64,000 nt of DNA from Lama glama (Eukaryota), in contig CM052817.1 of assembly GCA_028534125.1 (NCBI GenBank), positions 63,800,001 through 63,864,000 of the forward strand, given 5' to 3'. Numbering within the stretch: the stretch's first letter is position 1; each line of letters opens with the position of its first letter. Positions 52,370 to 64,000 of the stretch are shown here, one piece after another. A program made the position numbers and the translations under genes. The notes under the pieces are model-generated. The model was not told the origin of the DNA and did not search any database. It saw nothing but the letters and a program-made list of their open reading frames with translations.

Positions 52370-53230
52370 ATTTTAAATAACATTCTCATTGTAAAAAATT
52401 GAAATAAAAAGTTAAAAAACAAACTCCCTCCCATCAACCCGCACAGTCTCACTTGCCAAACAGTACTGCTGTATCATTCTATGGTAGTACTTCAACCAGC
52501 CTTTATCAATGAACATTTAACTCATTTCTACTCTTGTGCTGTCATAGACAGTGACAGAATAAATGCAAATGTGTATATTTTATGCACTTCTATGCAAATG
52601 TCAGTAAGATAAATTCCTGAAAATTTGAATTGTAAAGCAAGGGATATTTGTAACTTAACTTTTGGATGAAATCATCAAGTAGCTTCAGAAAGGTTTAAAC
52701 AACTTAAACTCTCCCAATAGAGCATATATTTCTCCAACTCTTGACAAATAATATTACCTTTTTTAAAATCTCCTGAATGATAAAACATATTTCCTTTTTA
52801 AAAAATTAATTTCATAATTTCAGTGAATTTGAGAATGCATCTATTAGTATTGCTCATTTTCTAATTGAGTTTTTCATCCTTTTTCTTTCTTATTTTATAA
52901 ACTCTTTTACATTAAAAAATAGCCATCTTCCATACATATTTTAAATATTACTCCTAGTTCATAATTTGTCCTTTGCCTTTGTTTATGGCATTTGTTTTAT
53001 GGTTTGGAAATTTTCAGAGTTTTCTTTATTGTCAGTAAGGTGCTTTGGAGTAACTGTTATTTAGTTTTCCTTTCAGTAAAGTGTTTAACTTTTTAAAATC
53101 ACATTTATCTGATGTTTCCTTTATAGTTCCCCTGTTTCATGCTTTATTCAAAAAGCCCTTTGGAATCAAGGATTATTTTTAGTCCAAATCTTTCTATAAT
53201 TTAATGTTTAAATTTTTCATTAAAAATTTC
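52370..53230 (-). mobile_element. Very old L1 3' region (L1ME-like)
   Basis: gtaagataaattcctgaaa, ttgagtttttcatcctttt, atattttaaatattactcctagtt..atttgtcctttgcctttgtttatggca. Confidence 0.5.
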
Positions 53231-53571
53231 CTTTATAGGAAACATTACCAACTTTTATTTCTCTAACTATTTGAAACCTGTCACTCTCAAGTTATACAAG
53301 TAACCCACAGAGAATAGGGAAACCAGCCACAGAACATGGCCTTGTAAGAGGACCCATCATAAAAGCAAAACATTACAGTCAGGGATAAAGAAAAAGTACT
53401 CTAATAGTAGCCCTTAGCACTGCAGTTTTCTAGGAACTCCACAGGTTCAAAGTGCTGAAAAAATGGGCTGGGGTGGGGAGTCCGGTGAAGGAATGGTGGA
53501 AATTTAATCTGGCAGAGTTGCTCTAAATGAATGCCTACTAGTCATTGAAAATTGATTAACAATATATATAA

Positions 53572-53843
53572 ATAAATTAGGAGTTTGTAATTACCATAAC
53601 ATACTGCTATATATAAACTAGATAACCAACAAGGACCTACTGTACAGCACAGGGAACTATACTAAGTATCTTATAATAACTTATAATGGAAAAGAATCTG
53701 AAAAAGGATATATATATAATATATATATATTTTATATATATATACACACACATATATATGTATAATTGAATCACTTTGCTGTACACCTGAAACTAACACA
53801 TTGCAAATCAACTATAATTCAATTTAAAAATAAATAAATAAAT
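53572..53843 (+). mobile_element. L1 3'UTR fragment (cetartiodactyl type)
   Basis: caacaaggacctactgtacagcacagggaactatact ... gaatcactttgctgtacacctgaaactaacaca ... (TAAA) tail. Same type as 23035-23340. Confidence 0.9.
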
Positions 53844-54509
53844 CAACGTGAATGATAGCTGTAGCTTAGATGATCATGATCACTCAATTACTTAGTAAGT
53901 AGGGTAAAAAGAAAGCCACAAACCCTAAATGCTGATATATACTGGGTCGAGATTTTGTATCCTTGTTTGAGGAGATTTAAAATGTATGGCAGCATGTGAG
54001 TCTGACAGAGCAAGATGATTAGTATGAAAGTCTTACTGTGTTATTCTCTGTCCTTTTCCCTACATTTGAAATGTTTCCTAAATCAAAGATTTTAAATGGT
54101 GTACGGAAAAAAATAACAAGAACTAATATAAATGTATTTCAAGATAAGGATCCTATAATCGCAAAAACTGGAAAAAAAAACAGAATAAAGCCAAAGGAAA
54201 AGATTAATAAACAATAAATGTATAAATAAAAATTTAGTACTTTCACATGCAAAGATTATTGCAAAAAAGATTAAAAACAAACAACAAATTCCAACTAGCA
54301 ATTAACTATTAGTAGTGGTATAGTTGTTGTTATTAATGGCTTCTTCTCTGTTACACATGAAAACCTCCCAGAAAGCAGTTAAAAAAAAAAACACAAATTC
54401 TGCAATAGAAAATGGAAAAGAACATGATTATTTTCATACAAACAAATAACATTAGCCAATAAATAAAAATTAATGAATAATCAAAATAATGGAAACTGAG
54501 TATTTACTG

Positions 54510-55140
54510 GGCTTTGATCCTGAGCTCCCCTCCTCCCAAGAATGCACCTAATGTACAGTTCCACAGGAAACAATTCCCTCTGATCCCTCAACTAGATCCA
54601 GAAACTAGCTGACTAGTTCTTACACATCAGACAAATGAGAAAATACATCGAAATGATTAAGAAAGGCTGAGACACATTCTCACCATAAACCCCACTCCCA
54701 CCACAGTACCAAACAACTTGGAAAGAACCTCCAATGCCTAGCTTCTCCCCAAGGAGGGAAGGGTTTAGACTCCACAGCCAGCATATCAGATTTTAAGACT
54801 CCAACCAGAGGGAAGGGCTACCACTTAGCTCGGAAAGCAACAGACCTATGTCCACCAGATCCACAAGACTTTAACAAATAAAGAAGCAATTCTTAACTCC
54901 CAGGTGAGAACTCGCCACAGCTACTACCCCAGGGCTCAGCCTAGATGGAGCAGGCAAAATCATTCACATCTCACTTTTTCCATCAAACAGGGTTATCTGC
55001 ATAATGTAAAAGCTGTTGCCTTAAAGGTCAGGCTTTTAATTTAGCAGACACTAGGGGCTGGCTGTGATTTTCCCCAGAAACTGAGGAATTCAGCAGACAC
55101 CACTTCCACCTTCTCCCTCCCATCTTCTCCAAGTCACCAG
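54510..55140 (+). mobile_element. Probable old L1 5'UTR fragment (L1M2/L1M3-like)
   Basis: C-rich block with ctcctccca..tacagttcca..aacaattccctctga and gagacacattctcaccataaacccca, resembling recalled L1M 5' ends. Confidence 0.5.
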
Positions 55141-55330
55141 TATAAATATATTCTCATGGATAAGAGACAAAACACTGTATTACATTCTGTATTTCATTAT
55201 ATAACACTGAAAATTGAGGTGAATTTCTTTTATAAATTATTGTTAATATCACTTCAAAATACAAATTATATATTCTGAAACTCTTGGTCATTCTATCAGA
55301 TTTTTCATTATTTAAAATAAAGTACAAATT

Positions 55331-55440
55331 TTTTTTTACATTTTTATTGATTCATAATCATTTTACAGTGTTGTGTCAAATTCCAGTGTTCAGTACAATT
55401 TTTCAGTCATACATGGACATATACACACTCATTGTCACAT
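55331..55440 (-). mobile_element. Young camelid L1 3' tip (110 bp) with perfect TSD
   Basis: Reverse complement ...catgtatgactgaaaaattgtactgaacactggaatttgacacaacactgtaaaatgattatgaatcaataaaaatgt(A)n. TSD tttaaaataaagtacaaatt at 55311-55330 and 55441-55460. Confidence 0.88.
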
Positions 55441-56452
55441 TTTAAAATAAAGTACAAATTTTAAAAATCTTTAAATCTGATTTCAACCAGTATTTGATTA
55501 AAACTACTATACTTAAAACAATACAATGAATTTGGAGATGAAGTATTCAAAAGATTCCTAAAGCATTCATTTTGGCAAACCAATGTGATTTTTTTTTTTT
55601 TTCAAAATGAAAGTGTTCAATTTTACTCTTGGTATCTCCATTATACCATTATTCCTCCTGTCCTTCCTTCCAAAAGTTAGTGAAAACAACTAGCTTTGCC
55701 TTTGCCTTTCTCTTTTTCCAAGGAAAATATTTAATCTAATTTTATAAAACATATTGCACTCTGAAAGGCTTTTAGGCCAAACAATATAATATTATCTAAG
55801 ATCTACGGAAATTTGATTATTTGAAGGCAAATTAAATAATTTTCTCATACCAATCATTTTTAATGTATGCCATTAAAACCTAGAAAATACAAATTAAAGT
55901 TGATGTACAGTGCCACTTGAAAATGCAGGAAAGCTCTAACCAAACAATAGCACGATGTGATATTCTTAAGTATTACCAGAAATGTTGCTGAAAATCTAAT
56001 AATTAATACACTATATTTTCTATTCTTGGTTTAGTGAAGATGCTTTATTCTCAGTTTTATAAAGTATAAGTTGTCCCTGTTTTGTTTTTGAAATCAATAA
56101 AGACATCTACTTCTCAGTATCTGTATTTCATTATCATTTCTGCATTTTCAGAACTCATTTTGTCCAAATGGTGTTGTTACATTAATCGGTGATTACATCA
56201 TCATTTAATGATGTTCCTAAGAATAAAAAAATACTCATAACTATACAGTTTTTTATATATGAAGTACAGAAGATAATCGAATTACATTTTAGATGAGCGG
56301 GGAAGTGTAAGTATGAATCAAAATATATGCTCCTTATTCTATCTTTTAAATTTAAAGCATTTATTAATTTGAATAGATGAAGTAAAATTATTTCTTAGGG
56401 ATGTTAGACACATTTAGTATGAAAAAATAAGGGTCTCACTTTCTGGACTAAT

Positions 56453-56882
56453 GTATCAGATTTCTAATGCTGAGTAACAAATTGCCACAAACCTAGTGAC
56501 TTAAAACAATGCCTGTTTATTAGCTCACAGTTCTGTAGGTTAGAAGTCTGGGGCAGGCATGGCTGGGTTCTATTATCAGGGTATCACAGGCCCAGAATCA
56601 AGGTGTCTGCCAGGCTGAGTCCTTCACCTGAAAGCTCAGGGAAAGATTCCCCCACCAAACTTGACGCTGGTTATTCACAAATTTCAGTTCCTTGCAGCTG
56701 GAGGTCTGACATCACCACTTCCATGCTGGCTATTAGCTGGAGGCCTCTCTGCTCCTAGAGACTGTGCGTCTTCTTTTTCACATGGCTGTCTCCATTTTCA
56801 AAGTAGGAACGACCTATTCAGTCCTTCTCACAATTCTAACTTCTCTGGCTTCTCCTGCCTCCAACTAAAGAAAGTTCTTGGG
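56453..56882 (-). mobile_element. MaLR LTR (MLT1E-like)
   Basis: gtaacaaattgccacaaacctagtgacttaaaacaa..ttattagctcacagttctgtaggttagaagtc..ttcagttccttgcagctg. Confidence 0.8.
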
Positions 56883-57029
56883 TATTCATGCTATCATAAA
56901 GCTGCTGCATCAACCCTGGGCTGCCAACTTTCAGATATCATGTTATGCGATAAAAATAAATTTCTATTTAGTCAACACTGTAATAGGGCTTCTGTTACAT
57001 GTAGCACGGTAATAGCTTAAAATGATAAA

Positions 57030-57375
57030 TAGTTTATGAGAGAATTAGCATACTGTAAGACAGAGGTGAAGAAATCAACCAAAATACTAAAGAGACAATT
57101 GGTTGGAAAATGTAATCGAGCGATTAGAAAAAAAAAAAAAGACTGAGAATTCCCAGAATACATCTAATAGGAATTTCACAAAGAGTTAATTGAGATAATT
57201 TGGAAGAGATAATATACAAAGAGGTCATGGTTAACATTTTTCCAATACAAATGAAATGTGAATTCTCAGATTCAGGCAGCTAAATCAAGTTCCAATGAAG
57301 ATAAGTAAAAAATAAATGCACACCTAGATGCACCATAGTGAAACAGCAGAACACCAAGGAAGAAATTATCTAATG
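57030..57375 (+). mobile_element. Old L1/HAL1 ORF1 fragment
   Basis: acatctaataggaatttca, aacattttcca..atgaaa..gaattctcagattca, cacacctagatgcaccatagtgaaacagcagaacaccaagga. Confidence 0.6.
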
Positions 57376-58989
57376 GTTATCGATGCTTCCCATATTATGA
57401 GGGATTCAAGTTATCTAATTTTACATTATGCCAGAACTTTGATATAATTTTCAATATTAATTAATTTTGTGGTTTTGTATCTTGATCGTGTGATTATACG
57501 AAAAATGTACCTATAGTCAGCAGATTTTTATGCCAGGAATCAAGGCAATTTGAAGAGATCATAAGTTATTCTGCTATATTGTTTGTTGGTGAGTTTAATT
57601 GTTAAAAATATTACTAGATACCTACACTCTCAGTTTGTAAATAAAATACCTTAATACTATTTCAAAAATTTAATAAGTAGAAAATTAGGATAGCATTAAT
57701 AAATATATTCTCTATTATTAAACTAGTTGAGAATTTTAAAACTAAAATTAATTCTAGAATGCCTTCAGGGTTATCTTTATTTATTAATGGAAAAAATAAA
57801 GAGACAGAGGGACTAAGTTACTTGCTCTAAATCAGAACTAGACTGAGAGTTGTGTGGAGCCCAAGTAGACAAATTATTTAGTGGCCCAAGAAGACAAACA
57901 TTTTGATGCATTTTTAAACATATAACCTTTTGATATTTTAAGACATTTAGATATTTTTAAGCATTTAGGTTTTTTGAAATATTTGCTTAGAGTTTGAACA
58001 ACAGTATGTGAGATGTATAGAAGAGGTAACCCTTGATTAGCAGGGTTCAGCCTTTCTTTTCCACCCAGAACGTCTTCTCTGTGGCCCTAAACTTGCACTT
58101 AGAGGCCAAATTGCTATAGTTAACCAATCGCTGCCACTTTAGAAAGCAATTTTGTCATCATCTATTATTAGAAGGATAACCATTAGAACTACTGACCTTC
58201 CCTCCAACATCAAAAAGCTAATCAATCAGCACTCAGTAATTTCCTCAAAGGATTTCAGATAAATATAACTTTAAAATTCTTTTCATATCGAGTAATAGCT
58301 TAAGGCCCTGAAATATTTATCTCCAAGTTGTAGGATATTTTGTCCACAAATAATATGACCTGGCTTAATATTACTAGTTATCAGTAGCAAAGTCAGGACA
58401 AGAACTCAGGTCTTCTGCTTACATTTCAGTGCTCTATAAATTACTATCTTGCTCAATAATTTAAAAGTCTGCTCAGGCATTTCTTTCAACGAGCATACAA
58501 TAATTTCTCCTCATTGTGCTAACTTGTATCATCATAGTAATCTGATTTATTAACATCAAATATAAGATCTTCAGTCACATGATCTCTTAAGATCTTCGTG
58601 GCACATGCTACAGGATTAAAATGACTTTCCCCAGAAATTGACAACTATGTATGTTCTTGATAAATTGTTAATAGCTTAAGAGCTAAATCAAAAGGAATGA
58701 ACAGGAAGAAAGAAAACTTTTTTCTATTTATTTTCAAGCAACTAGGCCCCACACATATTGAAAGAAGAAAAAGATGAATGTGATCAGTTTAAAGCATTTT
58801 AATGTATTCTGAGATACACTAAACCACCAAGCCTATCCTCAAAATGAATATGAACTCAGTCTACACCTCTACAAGCAAAAGAGAAGAAAAAATAACAGAA
58901 ACAGTAGTTAATGAATGTCTCCCCAACACACACACCCACACCAGAAGAAAACTCTAACACAAAACTCCAAACTCAATTAAATTTCCACG

Positions 58990-60100
58990 ATAAAGCTTCT
59001 GAAGATGAAAAAATGAATATAATTTAAAAATTAAAAACAGAAGTGAACAGCAAATGAAAAATAAAAATTGATTTGTCATAAGAAAAAAACTGGGAGGAAA
59101 AAACGCAACCATCTAAGAAATAAAAATAAGTTACAAGGTAAACAGAGAAGAATAAGTTCACATAAAAATTTGAAAAGAAGTGTTGACTTAAATCAGGAAG
59201 TGAACCAAGAATCAAAATATAAGATAAAGGAAGAAGTGATGAGTCAGAGAAAAAGTGGTCTTAAATCAGAGGCAGAGATATTATATATACAAAGGCTTAT
59301 AAAGTGAAAATAAGGAAGCTGTTAACCTTTACAGTGATTGGTTATTACAATGAGGGTTTCTGAATGTCAGAGGATTGGTTAAAAGTGATTATCTCAAACT
59401 ATTTTTAGGAATATGACAAGTTATTTTTTAATGATTGTTAAAGGATTTACAAGAAACGGCCTAAGTTAGGTTTCACTTATATTCATGAAATATGGTAGAT
59501 TTAATTTTGCTTATGTGGCTTAAATGGTTTTATCTGCTCAGAAAATTCTCAAGTCAGGTCTCCATTTTACATGTAATTTTAACAGAGCAAATTAATACGT
59601 AAAGTAGTAATGAGAAAAATAATATGGAAGTTAAAGAATCTATTTAAATATATATATATTTAAAGAGACCGATTTATACATAGCAAAACTGAAATTGAAC
59701 TGTTCAGTTCTGGAAATATGCCAGTAAGTCTACTGGACTTTAAATATCAAAAAAAAAAAAAAAATCCTCAGGACCTCCAAGCAAAGACCAAAATACAAAG
59801 GCAATCAAATTCAACTGGGTACAGACCTCTCAAGAATAACATAACAAGCCAAGTAATAACTATTCCTTTTAATAAACAGTAAAAACATGTATCAACCTAC
59901 AATACTATATCCAGCCAAGCTGCCCTTAAAGTATCAAGACTATAGGTAAACAACCCCAAACACTCAAGAACTCAGGTAATACTGTAATGAAAAATCTACA
60001 CAAAGATGGGTCTCACCCAAACAAGATATGACAGGTAAGACTAAATTCAGCAAAATTATTTACAAACATCACTAGCATATGCAATAGTAGATCCAAGACT
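58990..60100 (+). mobile_element. HAL1-like ORF1 remnant, interrupted by an LTR
   Basis: tactatatccagccaagctgcccttaaagtatcaagac..caaacactcaagaactcaggtaatactgt, plus A-rich coiled-coil-type sequence upstream. Confidence 0.5.
59245..59584 (-). mobile_element. ERV1-class LTR (MER57-like)
   Basis: Reverse complement starts tgttaaaattacatgtaaaatggagacctg..tctgagcagataaaacca and has two CCAAT boxes (gattggtt on the + strand). Confidence 0.6.
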
Positions 60101-60431
60101 AAAACAAAGTAGAAATAATGCAATTGAGTAATGGCAAGAGAAGGAAGAGGGATAAAAGAAAATAAAAAAGCCCACTGACTGCTATGCAGGTCACAGATGA
60201 TAGTCAAAGAATACCATTAAAAAACAGCAAACCAGATAGTAAAAAGATAAAGAAAATGGGACTAATAGAATTTTCAAAAAGTCTAAGTACAAAAGTAACA
60301 ATTGCAACAAAAATACAAATATCCCTAAATAAATAAACTGACATTATGATAGACCAAAAGAAAAAGCAATGCTGAGAAAACACAGTAAACATAATATATA
60401 CTAACTATAACTATTATAAGAGTAGAGTCTA

Positions 60432-61020
60432 CAGGCATTTTACTTCATTTTGTTTTATTATGCTTCACAGATACTGTATTTTTTACAAATTAAAGGTTTG
60501 TGTCACCCTGCTTTAAGTAAGTCCATCGAAGCCATTTTAACAACAGAATTTGCTCATTTCATATCTGTGTCATATTTTGTAATTCTCACGATATTTCAAA
60601 GTTTTTCATTATCATTGTATTTCTTACGGTGATTTGTGATCAGTGATGTTTGGTGTAATCGTTTTGGGGCACCATGAATTGCACCAAAATGGGACAGTGA
60701 ACTTGACTGATAAGTGTTGTGATGACCAGCTGTTCCTACATCTCTCTTCCTTTCCTTGGGTCCCCTTATTCCCTGAGATACAATATTGAATTCAGATCAA
60801 TTAATAACTCTACAATGACTCTTAAGTTTTCATGTAAAAGGAAGCATTTTAATTTATTCTGAGATATACTAAACCACCAGCAGACTTCACTGTTCTCTTA
60901 TTTTAAGAAATTGCTACTGCACCCCAACTTTCAGCAATAACCACCCTGATCAATCAGCAGCCATCAACACTGAGGCAAGACCCTCCATCAGAAAAAAGAT
61001 GACAACCTGCTGAAGGATCA
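60432..61020 (+). mobile_element. Internally deleted Tigger1 (5' ~410 bp, filler, ~140 bp of 3' region); 3' TIR missing
   Basis: ta|caggcat..ttttattatgcttcacagatactg..ttacaaattaaaggtttgtg (5' end), then cttattttaagaaattgc..ccaccctgatcaatcagcagccatcaacactgaggcaagaccctcca (3' region). Confidence 0.85.
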
Positions 61021-62200
61021 GCAGTCTACTTAAGCAATAGAAATGAAAGCAAAAATAAACAAATGGGACCTAATTAAACTTACAAGCTTTTGCACAGCAA
61101 AGGAAACCATAAATAAAATAGAACGACAACCTATGGAGTGGGAGAAAACGTGCAAATGATGCAACTGACAAAGGTTTAATTTCCAGGATATATAAATAGC
61201 TCTTACAACTTAATAACAAAAAAACAATCTAATCCAAAGACGGTCAGAAGATCTAAACAAGCAATTATGCAAGGAAGAAATACAAATGGCTGATAGGCAC
61301 ATGAAAAAATGCTCAGTATCACTATCAGAGAAATGCAAATCAAAACTACAATGAGATATCACCTTACACCACCAGTCAGAACGGCCATCATTAAAAAGTT
61401 CACAAACAATAAATGCTGGAAAGGGTGCAGAGAAAAGGGAACCCTCCTACACTACAGGTGGGAATGCAGTTTGGTGCAGCCATTATGGAAGACAGTATGG
61501 AGATTCCTCAAAAAACTAAAAATAGACTTACCATATGATCCAGCAATCCCACTCCTGGGTATATACATGAAGGGAACTCTAATTCAAAGATACATGCACT
61601 CCAATGTTCATAGCAGCACTATATACAATAGCCAAGACATGGAAGCAACCTAAATGCCCATCAACAGATGACTGGATAAAGAAGTGGTATATTTATACAA
61701 TGGAATACTATTCGGTCATAAAAAATAAAATAATGCCATTTGCAGCAACATGGATGATCTGAAGATCATCATTCTAAGTGAAGTAAGCCAGAAAGAGAAA
61801 AAAAGAAATCACATGATATCACTTACACGTGGAATCTTAAAATAAAAAAAAAAAAAAAAGAAGAAAGAGGACACTAATGAACTTACCTACAAAACAGAAA
61901 CAGACCCACAGACATAGTAAACAATCTTATGGTTATGGGGGAAAGGGATGGGAAAGGATAAATTTGGCAGTTTGGAATTCACAGATGTTAACCACAATAA
62001 GTAAAAATAGATTAAAAATTTCTTCCGTATAGCACAGGGAACTATATTCAATATCTTGTGATAACCTTTAATGAAATGAATATGAAAACAAATGTATGTG
62101 TGTGCACTTGTGTGTGTATATATATATGCACATGACTGGAACATTATGCTGTACACCAGGAACTGACAGTGTAACTGACTATACTTCAATTAAAAAAAAA
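61021..62200 (+). mobile_element. Camelid-lineage L1, 5'-truncated
   Basis: ORF 61309-61653 ([46 protein letters not shown]), 3'UTR ending ctgactatacttcaatt(A)9. Confidence 0.93.
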
Positions 62201-62664
62201 TAACATTGGGCTCTACTAAGTTCCAAGTGCCTCTGAAAATTTCTATTACTGGAGCCTGCCAAGAAAACAGTTAAAAAAGAAAAGTAAAAGTATGTTTCCT
62301 AAATTATTTTTCTCTGAACATATAATTGAAGTAAAATAATGGATAACCAGAAATGTAGATAACAAAAGCTTAAATAGTCAACTTCTTTTGCAATGAAGAA
62401 ATTTATATCATAAACACAATAAAAGCAAATATGAAAAGTAAACTGTTATCCCATCAATCAAAACAAAGGGGTCACTTTAAAACTGTGAACATGTGAAATG
62501 AAAATTAGTTATTTAAAACTCCACTGGAAACACTATGAAACCTATTAGTCCCTGGGGTTACCAATTCATGCAATGATCATCTTAATGACTTATTTTTGTT
62601 TGTCACTAATGTGTTTTTCTCTTTATTTTTATAACTTATACCAGTCCATCTTATCTCCCTAAGT

Positions 62665-63270
62665 AATTTTTTGCAATTTTGTTAATGTATACTTGACATA
62701 CAGTAAACTTCACATAAAGTGTACAATTTACTAAGTTTTGACGTCAGTCACATGAAATAATCACAACAATCATGATAATAAACATTTTTGCATCCCCAAA
62801 AGTTTTCTTCTGTTCCTTTGTAAGCCATCCCACTTTCTACCCACATCCACATGTAAACACTGATCTGCTCTGTGACCATACATTTCTAGAATTTTCTATA
62901 AGTGGAATCATGTATTATGTATTGTTTTGTCTCTATCTTCCTTCATTCCTCATGATTTTAAGATTCACTACATTCTTGTGTGTATCTGTACTTCATTCAT
63001 TTGAATTTCTGAGTAGTATTGCATTGTATACATACCCTAGTCTGCTGATTATTCACTAGCTGATGAACATTTGGATTGTTTACAGTTTGGGGTTAAGAAT
63101 AATGGTTTTGGCAAATAACACTCTAATAAATATTTACATACATGCCTCCCATTTCTCTCGAATAAATACCTAGAAGTAGAACGTCCGGGTCAATGGTGAG
63201 TGAATTTTAAACTTTCGGACATTTGAAGGAACCGCCAAACTGCTTTCCACAGTGGCTTTACATGATTATC
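62665..63270 (-). mobile_element. Old L1 3' end (L1MC/L1MD-like)
   Basis: acatacagtaaac..aagtgtacaattt, tttctagaattttctataagtggaatcat, gatgaacatttggattgtttacagtttgggg. Confidence 0.8.
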
Positions 63271-64000
63271 TCTTTACAAACCTATTTAAATTACAAATAC
63301 ATTGATCTTGGTATATATTTTTATTTGAAGGTCAAAGACCTCTAAAAAACTAAGCTACAAAAAAAAAAGATCAGAACCTAATGACTTTTAAGAAAAAAAT
63401 TAAGATTCCATCATAATATTAATTACAGGTAGAATATACATATAAATGAAAAAAGGAAATGTTCCGGATAATATAAAAAACACAAATTATGTTCCTCAGA
63501 ATTCCTTTTAAAGGCATTAATTCTACTTTTGGATGAAGTTCTTCTAGAGGAAAGATCATATTTATCCTTTTATTCCCCAATACTATCACAGTGATTGAAA
63601 CATAGCAAGGTCATAACAGTGTTTAATTAGAATTAGAATCATGAACTTAGATAAGCTAATACACAAGACAAAGGGACAGAAATTACTGCATGTGTAAAAT
63701 ATTAAGAACTTATAAGGTAAAATATTTTACACCACAATTGGCCTCTAATTTATAATTTGTCTTACTGCCATTTCCCAGCATTAAGTCTTCAGATCAATAT
63801 TGTTTTGTCTTTCTTTCATTTCACAGTCTTGTAAGTATACAACAAAATTTTATTAAAATATTTGAGTTGTAGCATATTAGAAAGACAGTGACAACTGTAA
63901 AAAATAAACAACAGCACTTTGAGAAACAACATTATGTACAGGATAAAGAAAGACATTATATAAGAATGAAAGTAAAAAGTTAACCTCATTAAAAATTTAG

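Larger units (their letters stand above)
1..64000 (-). other. STPG2: Window lies within STPG2: introns either side of the single exon
   Basis: Neither the preceding nor the following STPG2 exon could be found. There is no CpG island or other coding exon. Mammalian STPG2 is known to have very long introns (inference). Confidence 0.7.

Noticed and set aside
59643..59664. 22-bp perfect AT palindrome (also (TTAA)n at about 30231-30253)
   Set aside because: Low-complexity AT sequence, expected by chance.
1..64000. Strand bias of L1s relative to STPG2
   Set aside because: Roughly equal numbers in each orientation; no signal.

Overview
Mammalian, AT-rich, CpG-poor intronic DNA with no prokaryotic features. 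It is almost certainly camelid (camel, alpaca or llama), based on two tRNA-Ala-derived vic-1-type SINEs and camelid-type L1 3' ends. The only supportable coding sequence is one 160-bp internal exon on the minus strand (42014-42173) with canonical AG/GT sites. It encodes a PG-rich repeat segment that I recognise as STPG2 (sperm-tail PG-rich repeat containing 2), so the rest of the window is most likely two long STPG2 introns. The introns carry layered repeats: L1 of several ages, L2, L3/CR1, MIR, MaLR and ERV LTRs, HAL1, two Tigger1 copies, MER94 and microsatellites. Nearly all other ORFs in the track are repeat remnants or chance. I found no convincing new gene system. The best oddities are: (i) an internally deleted Tigger1 whose junction holds a 38-bp copy of sequence from 2 kb upstream; (ii) mirror-image Tigger1+L1 composites on either side of the STPG2 exon; (iii) an old-looking L1 fragment with a perfect 22-bp flanking duplication; (iv) young insertions with perfect TSDs. 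Repeat subfamily names come from recalled consensus sequences, not a search. Boundaries of old repeats are approximate.
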